DNA of 64,000 nucleotides. It comes from Octopus vulgaris (Eukaryota). The notes beneath the pieces are model-generated. The model did no database searches. It saw nothing but the letters and a program-made list of their open reading frames with translations, and was not told the DNA's origin. Each line of letters begins with the position of its first letter. Within the stretch, counting starts at the first letter, position 1. Shown here in pieces: positions 53,861 to 64,000 of the stretch. The translations under genes were made by a program, and so were the position numbers. The stretch is taken from NCBI GenBank assembly GCA_951406725.2, contig OX597835.1, positions 18,290,001 to 18,354,000 of the forward strand, written 5' to 3'.

Positions 53861-54482
53861 TCACATACAGGCACAAACACAAACTCCCCACACACAAATA
53901 TATATTTATATATGTGTGTGTGTGTGAGTGTATATACCTATATATATATATGCAAATATATATGTAGAGCGATATTACCCATATATTTTCAAGTACGTTT
54001 ATATTTTTCTGGGTATATAGCAATCTCACTAATGCCGATCGATAAAATATTGACATAGTTGGAATAGTGGCAGTATAGATTAAGCTAATCTACGTGTATA
54101 TGCCATTATCTGACCATCAAGGAAGAGAGCAATCCAATTCAGAAAAGGTCTACAAGAGAAAGCAGCACTTATGTTGTCTGCTACATAAGTTAACAATACC
54201 ATTTGTGAAATTAAACATTATGCATTAATTTAAGTTATCATATTTTTCAATATCAAGATATTATTTATCGTATTTTTCAGTTGCAGTGCGTATTATATAA
54301 ACATATATACAAACACATATACACACGGACAGACGCTAATACACACATTCACAACACATCTTCATATCCGTACGTGGACGTGTCTGTATCGATGGATGCG
54401 ACCTTGTTGTAGATTTTAAGTATGCGAATACATACACGTTCATTCACAAATATATCTGATACTATATGCTTATATAAACACA

Positions 54483-54551
<69 letters not shown>

Positions 54552-54556
54552 ATGCA

Positions 54557-54629
<73 letters not shown>

Positions 54630-54636
54630 ATATGCA

Positions 54637-54691
<55 letters not shown>

Positions 54692-54741
54692 GTGTATGTA
54701 TGTGTTTGTGTGTGTTTGCATATTTGTATATATATATACAT

Positions 54742-54778
<37 letters not shown>

Positions 54779-55725
54779 CATATACACACACAGACACACA
54801 TATATATATATATATATTTATATACGTATACACACACACACACATGTATATGTATATATACACAGAGTATCATTATAATGATCAAGCTTGTTTCAAACAA
54901 TATCTGGGAACTATGCAGGAAATGAGAGTATGTACTGCCTCATCTTCGTAATTTGATATTCCATCCCATTAATCCAATATTCCGGCCTGGTATATATTTT
55001 TACCTATAGATCAATCTATTTCACTAAGTCTCTCTTAGTACTTCCAACACTGTGTTTGTGTGTGTATACATAGATATATATGTATTTCTGTTTATACAAA
55101 TACATATATATATATATACATACACACCCAAGCACACACACACACACATTCACACACACACACACGCACACACGCATATATATATATATATATATATATT
55201 CACACATACATGTACAAACATGATTACATGCAAACATACATAAAAAGATATCTTTGTGTGTTTGTTTGTGTGTATGTACCTTTAACTGTGTATTCACGTA
55301 ATGCTTTTGCCTTACATTAGATAATGAAAACATGTAGCTCCGACTCGTTATAAGGAATGTACAGCTACCTCCAATGCAGCCGCGACCATCACTACATACA
55401 ACTCTTCATGGAGAACATGTCGCAATATATTTGCCCACATGTGTGGCATGAGGTTCACCACACCAATACAACGCTTACATCGTAACCCTTGCCTCAGCGA
55501 AATATGAGATTCTTGCTTGGTGGCTCGTATCTAATCTCATATCACTCAATTAGTAACGTAACTATGGAAATACATACATACATACACATATATGTATGTA
55601 AATATATATATACATGTGTGTGTATATATATACATATGCGTATATATATTTTATTTATTACATACATACATATATATGTATATATATGTATATATATATG
55701 CATATATATATGCATATATATATAC

Positions 55726-55781
<56 letters not shown>

Positions 55782-55967
55782 GGGGTTAACCACAGTAAGT
55801 AAGGTACTCATACATAGCAGAGTAAAATTATTTATATATGAAGAGTTCTATAGTATATTCAAGAGAAATCTTCAGGAGCTAAGATTTCTTGAATGAAACA
55901 GTATATACGTATATATATTTATATATATACATAATTATGTATATACATAATATATACACTCACATAT

Positions 55968-55997
55968 TGGTAGACGGAAACTGAAAGAAGCCCATCG

Positions 55998-56046
<49 letters not shown>

Positions 56047-56297
56047 TTGTGTTTTTGCGTGTGTGTATGTGTAGGTATGTGTATATGTTTGTGTGCCTGT
56101 GTTTGTTCCCCCAACATCGCTTGACAATCGAAGCTAGTTTGTTTACGTCCCCGTAACATAGCAATTCGGCAAAAGAAAGCGATAAAATATGTACTAGGCT
56201 TACAAAGAATAAGTCCTGGGGTCGAGTTGCTCGACTAAAGACGGTGGTCCAGCATGGCCACAGTCACATGCATGAAATAGATAAAAGTATAAAAAGA
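55968..56297 (+). mobile_element. SINE family A, 5'-truncated
   Basis: ttggtagacggaaactgaaagaagcc..ggggtcga..ctcgactaaag..ccagcatggcc. Confidence 0.85.
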
Positions 56298-56312
56298 GCT
56301 ATTACGGTACAG

Positions 56313-56720
56313 TAGGCGGCGAGGTGGCACAATCGTTAACACGCCGGGCGAAATGCCTTGCGACATTTTGTCTGCAGTTACGTTCTGAGTTCAAATTCTG
56401 CCGAGGTCGACTTTGCCTTTCATCCTTTCGGGGTCGATGAAATAAGTACCAGTTACGCATTGAGGTCGATATAATCGACTTAATCCTTTCGTCTGTCCCT
56501 GTTTGTCCCCTCTGTGTTTAGCCCCTTGAGGGTTGTAAAGAAATAGGTATTTCGTCTGCCGCTACACTCTGAGTTCAAACTCCACCGAGGTCGACGTTGC
56601 CTTTCATCCTTTTGGGATTGATTAAATAAGTACCAGTTACGCACTGGGGTCGATGTAATCGATTTACTCCTTTTGTCTGTCTCCTCTATCTGCAGCCCCT
56701 AGTCGGCAATAAAGAATTAT
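56313..56720 (+). mobile_element. SINE family C partial dimer
   Basis: Full unit to about 56545, then a second unit starting mid-head; a single TSD tattac(g/a)gtaca flanks both units. Confidence 0.85.
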
Positions 56721-57023
56721 ATATTACAGTACAAATCGGCTACATTCTACGAATTGAGGTCAGCCGTTGACAATGATATGCAAAAGTACTGAATAAATTG
56801 CTTCTTGAAGTTTGCAATTCCATTACAAAGTATCAGCAAGGCCTTGAGCAAAACAACCAACAGTGTGAAAAGAGAAATTCATAAAAATAAATATAAAAAA
56901 ATCTGTCTGTAGATCCTATTAAATTTTGGAAGTGAAATTTAATTTAATAAACACATTGACGTATAATCATTGAATGTGTGAATCCATTTTTAGAACACAC
57001 CGTGTAGTGTGTGTCTGTACATG

Positions 57024-57140
<117 letters not shown>

Positions 57141-57318
57141 CTCTCTCTCTCTATATATATATACATATATATATATATATACATATATATAAACACACAC
57201 ACGCATATAAATAAATATATATATATATATACATATATATAAACACACATATATATGTACATATATATATACATACATACATATATATATATACATATAT
57301 ATGTATATATATACATAC

Positions 57319-57360
<42 letters not shown>

Positions 57361-57594
57361 AATTCTTGTCCTGAAGTTGGTGTTGCTATGGCTACTAACA
57401 TCACCACTACCACCGCCACCACAACCACCACTATTATTATTATTAAACGACAACGCCGACAACGATAACGACGACGACGATGATGAGGTCAACTGTTACG
57501 ATGAGGTCGACGTAGGTATTTTATATATATATATATATATATGCAAAATACCTCCATGCACACACACACACATGCACACATATGTATATACTCT

Positions 57595-57794
57595 CTCTCT
57601 CTTTTACTCTTTTACTTGTTTCAGTCATTTGACTGCGGGCATGCTGGAGCACCGCCTTTTAGTCGAGCAAATCGACCCCGGGACTTATTCTTTGCAAGCC
57701 CGGTACTTATTCTATCGGTCTCTTTTGCCGAACCGCTAAGTGACGGGGACGTAAACACACCAGCATCGGTTGTCAAGCAATGCTAGGGGGACAA

Positions 57795-57825
<31 letters not shown>

Positions 57826-57998
57826 CATATATACGACAGGCTTCTTTCAGTTTCCGTCTACCAACTCCACTCACAAGGCATTGGTCGGCCCGGGGCTATA
57901 GCAGAAGACACTTGCCCAAGATGCCACGCAGTGGGACTGAACCCGGAACCATGTGGTTGGTTAGCAAGCTACTTACCACACAGCCACTCCTGCGCCTA
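57595..57998 (-). mobile_element. SINE family A, full length
   Basis: Near-identical to 8570-8993. Confidence 0.93.
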
Positions 57999-58025
57999 TA
58001 TATGTATACAGAAATATATATGGGG

Positions 58026-58081
<56 letters not shown>

Positions 58082-58582
58082 GCATATACGTATGTCTCTG
58101 TGCATGCATTTGTATGTATTTCTTTTACGACCGCATTGCCATGGAGACAGTTACAGAGCTAGAAATGTACCTATAAAATTTGTATTTTTAAAGAGTCTAA
58201 GTGTTTTTGCAATACCAACTGTAAGATACGCTCAGAATATTTATTGCAAATAAATATTAAAAACTTGCCTGCCATCATTGTAATGCATACATTTTAAACT
58301 TTCTTCGCAAATAATTTTCCACCATTGAGAAAGAAGCAGTTTTAAAACCAACACTATTTGATATCTGATCATGAGACTAAGTTTTGGAAAATGTGACAAA
58401 ATGAATTTCCAAATTTTATCTTTCCAAACTAAATGTAACAGGAAAACATCAAAAATTACAATTAAAATGATTGAAGTGGAATATAGTTGTGATTTAATAT
58501 AACAGGTTTAAAAGAAAATTGTTCAGAATCTGTGGTCCAAATATAGAATGTGCGTCTAATGGAGTGTGTGTGTGTGGGTGTA

Positions 58583-58632
<50 letters not shown>

Positions 58633-59117
58633 TGTGTGTGTGAGTGTGTGTACCTTGTGTATGACAGACAGAAAACTTGTAATATCAGTGTTAAAAATAA
58701 CTATGTAATATAGTTTCTCTTTAGGTCTTGCTGAAAAAAAAAATCAAAAAAGAATTCTTGTCCTGCAGTTGCTGTTGCTATGGCCACTAACATCACCACT
58801 ACTACCGCCGCCGCTGCCACCACCACCACCACCACCACCACCACCACCACCAAAACCACCGCCACCACCACCACCACCACCACCATCACCACCAAAACCA
58901 CCACCACCACCACCACCACCAAAACCAAACCACCACCACCACCATGGTCGGATTGGGCATAGGTTTCCGAATCATGCGTCCGATGTGCGATAGGTAGTGT
59001 CCCAGCATGTGACCCCCTCACGTGATTCTGACAGGGAGGCCGGATTGCCTGAAGCCGCACGCATACGCACGCACACACACACACACACACACACACATAT
59101 GTATATATATATACACA

Positions 59118-59515
59118 TAGGCGCAGGAGTGGCTGTGTGGTAAGTAGCTTGCTTACCAACCACATGGTTCCGGGTTCAGTCTAACTGCGTGGCATCTTGG
59201 GCAAGTGTCTTCTGCTATAGCCCCGGGCCGACCAATGCCTTGTGAGTGGATTTGGTAGACGGAAACTGAAAGAAGCCTGTCGTATATATGTATATGTATG
59301 TATATATGTGTGTGTGTTTGTCCCCCTAGCATTGTTTGACAACCGATGTTGGTATGTTTACTTCCCCGTCACTTAGCGGTTCGGCAAAAAGAGACCGATA
59401 GAATAAGTACTGGGCTTACAAAGAATAATTCCCGGGGTCGATTTACTCGACTAAAGGCGGTGCTCCAGCATGGCCGCAGTCAAATGATTGAAACAAGTAA
59501 AAGACTAAAAAGACT
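59118..59515 (+). mobile_element. SINE family A, full length
   Basis: Head aggcgcaggagtggctgtgtggtaag through to tail gaaacaagtaaaagactaaa. Confidence 0.93.
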
Positions 59516-59639
59516 ATAGATTGAAAGAGATACAGATACACGTATATGTACGTGTTTTTATATATACTTATAAATATATGTGTAAATATGTATATGTGTA
59601 TATATATCCAACGTACGAAAATAATTATATTTTTAAGTT

Positions 59640-59830
59640 ATTCGTTTCAGTCATGTGACCGCAGTCATGCTGGGACACCACCTTTAGTCGAACATATCGT
59701 CTCCCGGATTTAATCGTTTCAAGCCTAGTACATATTCTATCATTTTCTTTTTGCCGAACCACTAAATTACAGGGCCGTAAACATACCAATAACGGTCTTC
59801 AAGCGATGGTTGGAGGACAAACACACACAC

Positions 59831-59888
<58 letters not shown>

Positions 59889-59996
59889 ATACAATATGTT
59901 ACATTACTCGGTAGTGTAACATATTGTATAGATAAATTTCCTCTATTTACATAATATTGAGGTCTCTTTCTTTCTTTTGTTATCTTACCGTTTTAT

Positions 59997-60044
<48 letters not shown>

Positions 60045-60238
60045 GTATGTATATATTTATAGTTAGTCAGATAGATATACAACGGACTTATTTTAGTTTC
60101 CGACTACCAAATCCACTCACAGGGTTTTGACCGGCCCGAGGCTATAGTAGAAGACACTTGCCCAAGGTGCCACAAGTGGGACTGAATCCGGAGCCATGTG
60201 GTTGGTAAAGCAAGCTATTTACCAAACAGCCACTCCTA
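59640..60238 (-). mobile_element. SINE family A, older, with extra sequence in the central microsatellite
   Basis: Tail at 59640-59820, head at 60085-60238. Confidence 0.8.
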
Positions 60239-60399
60239 GGTGGGGTAAACGAGAGCACTAAATGTATTTCGGATTTTGGTGGCCTTTTTAATAGAGAGTA
60301 TATGAATCCAGCCAGAATCACTAACGACAAATCGTCGTCTTTGACATTTGAAAAAGAAGGTAAAACCATTACTGCTGCTATGAATAATATTTTTTTTAT

Positions 60400-60679
60400 G
60401 AGCCCCTTTTCAAGCCTTGCCAGGTTCAAGGGCCCAGTTTCCCGGTTTCTGTGGCGTATGTGTTCCCCCCAGCTGGACGGGACAGCAGTCCATCGCAGCG
60501 TTACCCCCAAAACAGGAAGAAAGAGTACAACAGGGGTCGGCACCACCCCCTGCCCGAACCCCGTGAGGCTTTAGATGTTTCCGCTCAATAAACACACACA
60601 ACACCCGGTCTGGGAATCGAAACCACGATCCTCCGACTGCGAGTCCGCTTCCTTAACCAATGGGCCACTGCGCCTCCAC
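60400..60679 (-). mobile_element. SINE subfamily B2 (family B head with a different 3' end)
   Basis: 60679-60510 matches family B; 60500-60400 is unrelated to the B tail and matches 40363-40475. Confidence 0.75.
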
Positions 60680-60829
60680 TATGATTCGTATACTAGATAC
60701 TAAACCTGTCGAAGTCAACTGAGGCAACATCTACTATTGGTCAAAACTTTTGACACTAGGCCAGCAAATTCGCGGTAAGGGTCTACACATTTACATCACC
60801 CACAGTGCACAACTGCTCCTTAGTAAGAG

Positions 60830-61015
60830 GTCAGTAGCTTCAGGGGTTAAGTCGATAAGAACAGCTTCAGTGTTCAACTGGGACTTATTTTATCGTCTCC
60901 AAAAGGAGGAAAGGCATAGTCGACCTCGGCGGAATTGGAGCGCAGTTCGTAAAGACGGACGAAATACCGCTAAACATTTTATCCGGTGTGGTAACTATCC
61001 TCCAGCTCATCGCCT
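60830..61015 (-). mobile_element. Diverged SINE family C
   Basis: aaaggcatagtcgacctcggcggaatt..gacgaaataccgctaa.cattt. Confidence 0.7.
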
Positions 61016-62029
61016 TCTAAAACAATATCTAACATTCTCATCTATATCTCATACTATACGCATACTCAGAGGCGACGGGGTAGCTATTGCGCATATATAA
61101 TCTTTTATCAGTGGGGTGGTCAGGGGCAGCTGTAGTAAATATTTTATTCACCTTTCCTTTGTCTGATACGATATTTTTTGTTGAGCACGCGCCTGGGTTT
61201 TGTTTACGCAACATCTTAAAAGCTGAAATACTCCGAAATGATCTAGGGAATGGAGGTATTTTCGTCAGTCCCATATTTAGTGTAACTTTAATACAGACAG
61301 TCCATATTAGACGTTATTTGAAGACAAATAGAGCCGTAAGTGGCCTACTGACAGTGTGTATACATTGAGTATGATACATATAGGACATATATATCGTAAC
61401 TTATAAATATAATATACATTATTTCTACATTATACTTCACGTAACTCGTACTTAATATATACAGGAATTCTATAAACATTATTCATTAGAATTGTTATTA
61501 AATTAAACGATGTTTAATACAATAAACATTCAAATTAACCTTCATGGACTGAACAAATATTTGATACAAGTCACAATTTATATAAAACATATTTGGTAAT
61601 ATAAGGGGGATCAGCCATCTGAATGTGGCTAGGGACAGGGCGGGGTGGTGGTGGTGTTACTGATGCATTTAGCCCCAGGCGATCATCGACGTCACCAGAA
61701 GGGCTGACACCATCTCGGTGTCCTTGCCAGCCTGCAAAGGGAGATCAGCCTCCCCGAAGATACGGATACTACATACGGACCGGTTTCGAGGTAATTGCCT
61801 CTTATCAACGCATGGTAAGCACCGTTATTCGTTGAGGGACTTCCTCTACAGGCTGGATATATAGGGATTTTCACAGTAACCACAGTCACTGGCGTAGAAA
61901 ATCCGTTCGAAAACAATTATATTTGGTAATAAAATCTGCTTATTATAAACATTAATTGTATCAAGCAGTATCAATACAAATAATATTTATTCAAAAAATA
62001 ATATCTTAGGTGCACGCACGAATTTGTGG

Positions 62030-62152
62030 AAACAAGCTTGGTTCTCAAGTTGACTAAACTGCTTTCAGCTGACCAGAAAGACACCCCGGTTTCAGTTGCA
62101 CAAGATCTCCTTGATTGTGTCCAGAACGATGAAAACTTATTTAAAACTTTGC
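62030..62152 (+). pseudogene. Mariner transposase fragment (linker before the first catalytic Asp)
   Basis: KLLSADQKDTPVSVAQDLLDCVQNDENLFKTL resembles the mariner VPK.L...QK..RV.....LL......FL..I motif. Confidence 0.55.
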
Positions 62153-62340
62153 ATAGGCCTCTGAACAGGTATCGATAAGCCTTTGGCAAATGTTGATACA
62201 GATTCTCTGCACAACTTCCACTGCTCAATACGACGATCACATGCTACACACCTTCCTTCCAAAAACTGCTGTAAACAGAAGAAGCGAGGTGGGACATTAA
62301 AACTTACTGCGCCTCCAAAAGAATTTTCAAGTTCAGTACC

Positions 62341-62577
62341 TATTTCTATTTCTTTATTACCCACACGGGGCTAAACATAGAGGGGACAAACATAGACAGA
62401 CATAGGTATTAAGTCGATTATATCGACCCCAGTGCGTAACTGGTACTTAATTTATCGACCCCGAAAGGATGAAAGGCAAAGTCGACCTCGGCGGAATTTG
62501 AACTCACAACGTAACGGCAGCCGAAATACCGCTAAGCATTTCGCCCGACGTGCTAACGATTCTGCCAGCTCACCGTC
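62341..62577 (-). mobile_element. SINE family C
   Basis: Full-length; TSD tttcaagttca(g/a)tacc. Confidence 0.9.
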
Positions 62578-62820
62578 TTTCAAGTTCAATACCGCTTGAC
62601 GAGTGGTGGGTTGTTTCTATCGCGGTAACTTTGCGATGCGGCAAACGAGAAGGATAAAATCAGAACCATGATTAAAAGAAGAAATACTTGGGGTCGATCC
62701 GTTCGTCTGATCCCTCCGAAGTGGTGACCCAGCATGGCAGAAGTCAAATAAGTGAAAAAAGTAAACCACAGTAATTTTATTAATTGCATTAATTTAACAC
62801 AGCATTTTTATTAGTTTTTA

Positions 62821-63267
62821 CGGATCTTTTCTGTTTGAACGGCACTTTTTAACATAATTTCTAGGTAACTAAAAAATTTTTAACTTCGTATACTGGTAGA
62901 ATGTGTTTCTAAAACATCTTTTTCTCTTGGCTTTATTGAGAAAATTCTATGGTTTGTAAGATATTTATTGGTTTTTTTTCTTCAATTTCTGCAATTTCAA
63001 CCAATCGATGACGTCTATTGAGGTAAAAAAACATTCTGTGCCGTATGAATATGTCCCTCGTTTAAGAAACAGATTGGGTTTATTTACATTTGTGATGAAA
63101 AAAATATACCCTTCTCCCCACCCCTAACCCTAACCCTATTTAACCCTAACTAACCCTAACCCTAAAACAGATTGAAATGCAATAGATCGATACTAGGGTC
63201 ATAATTATGGGTGACAATTTCATATGACACCGCTTGAAAAAACTGCCGTTCAAACCGAAAAGATCCG
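62821..63267. mobile_element. MITE with ~30-bp TIRs and internal (CCCTAA)n
   Basis: TIRs cggatcttttctgtttgaacggcacttttt / aaaaaactgccgttcaaaccgaaaagatccg; TTTTA on both flanks; telomeric hexamers at 63121-63166. Confidence 0.85.
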
Positions 63268-64000
63268 TTTTACGAAGAGCATTCTTTAGAAACTACATAT
63301 GTTATAAACTATACTATTTTTCAACGATATATTTTTGAATACTTTTCATATTCAAAGCATTCATAGTTGCGATTCAGTTCTGCTCTAACCACAATAATAA
63401 ATAGATCGACAACTTCGCATAAAATGGTTCCATACCTTACTATCATATAGATTCATTTACTTATTGAAGACCATATTTATCTTTTTAAGTACTTCTGATC
63501 GTTGCTTCTGACTAGCCATTCAAACAATCTTACTACGGGTTCTTTTTAACATATTTCCTTTGTAGCGGTCTCGATTCTCTAATGCCTGGCGTATTCCAAA
63601 GTTTCCCTGTTTACCAAACTTTTATTAGGTATTATACCGGAGTTTCATTTCTGTAATTTATTCCCGTATTGCATGACCGGATTACGTAACGTTTCTACAT
63701 ATTTTTTTAATCCAGGTATTTATCGAGAAACACACCGACTGCTACATGTCGATTTTAAGAAGGTAAGGAAGAACAGGTAGATACAGGTATCACTTTAGGC
63801 AGTGCTCAGTAGACACTTCCTCTTTCAAGGCTCATAATTCAAAACCTAGATTTGAAAATTCTTTACAACGCGAAATAGATAGTGCAGCGAAACACTGAAG
63901 AATCACAAAGAATCACAAAGAATTTTTGTTCTTGTTGCTGCAGTTGTTGTCGGCATTGATTTATTTGGTTTTGACTACATGGCACTTTCAATTCCACAGA

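Noticed and set aside
58701-58960. Signal-peptide-like [18 protein letters not shown] and poly-Pro/Thr ORFs
   Set aside because: Hydrophobicity comes from (GTG)n; no credible start or mature domain.
63121-63166. Chromosome end or fusion scar
   Set aside because: Short, degenerate, single orientation and enclosed by MITE TIRs.

Overview
This window is eukaryotic, AT-rich, microsatellite-dense DNA. I found no intact protein-coding gene, and nearly all ORFs in the supplied track are artefacts of (TA)n, (CA)n, (ATT)n and (TATC)n repeats. The repeat content resembles octopus (cephalopod) intronic or intergenic DNA; that assignment is an inference from memory, not a database result. What is present is layered mobile DNA. 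(1) Three abundant tRNA-head SINE families, here labelled A, B and C, many with clear target-site duplications (TSDs). (2) LINE remnants: an R4/Dong-clade piece embedded in (TAA)n, a CR1/L2-like 3' end that shares its tail with SINE A, and an RTE-like fragment. (3) Penelope-like termini with inverted arms and minimal hammerhead-ribozyme motifs. (4) Several Tc1/mariner remnants. (5) A full-length but decayed Buster-type hAT with an 8-bp nnnTAnnn TSD. (6) Two non-autonomous Helitrons. (7) A MITE carrying telomeric (CCCTAA)n. The less routine signals are hammerhead motifs, a LINE-SINE shared tail with a conserved hairpin, three local templated duplications over about 4-4.6 kb, a candidate 15-nt microexon inside the hAT, and a hairpin whose non-Watson-Crick pairs are all G-U on one strand. 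I see no clear evidence for a wholly new multi-gene system. Coordinates were read by eye and may be off by a few bp.
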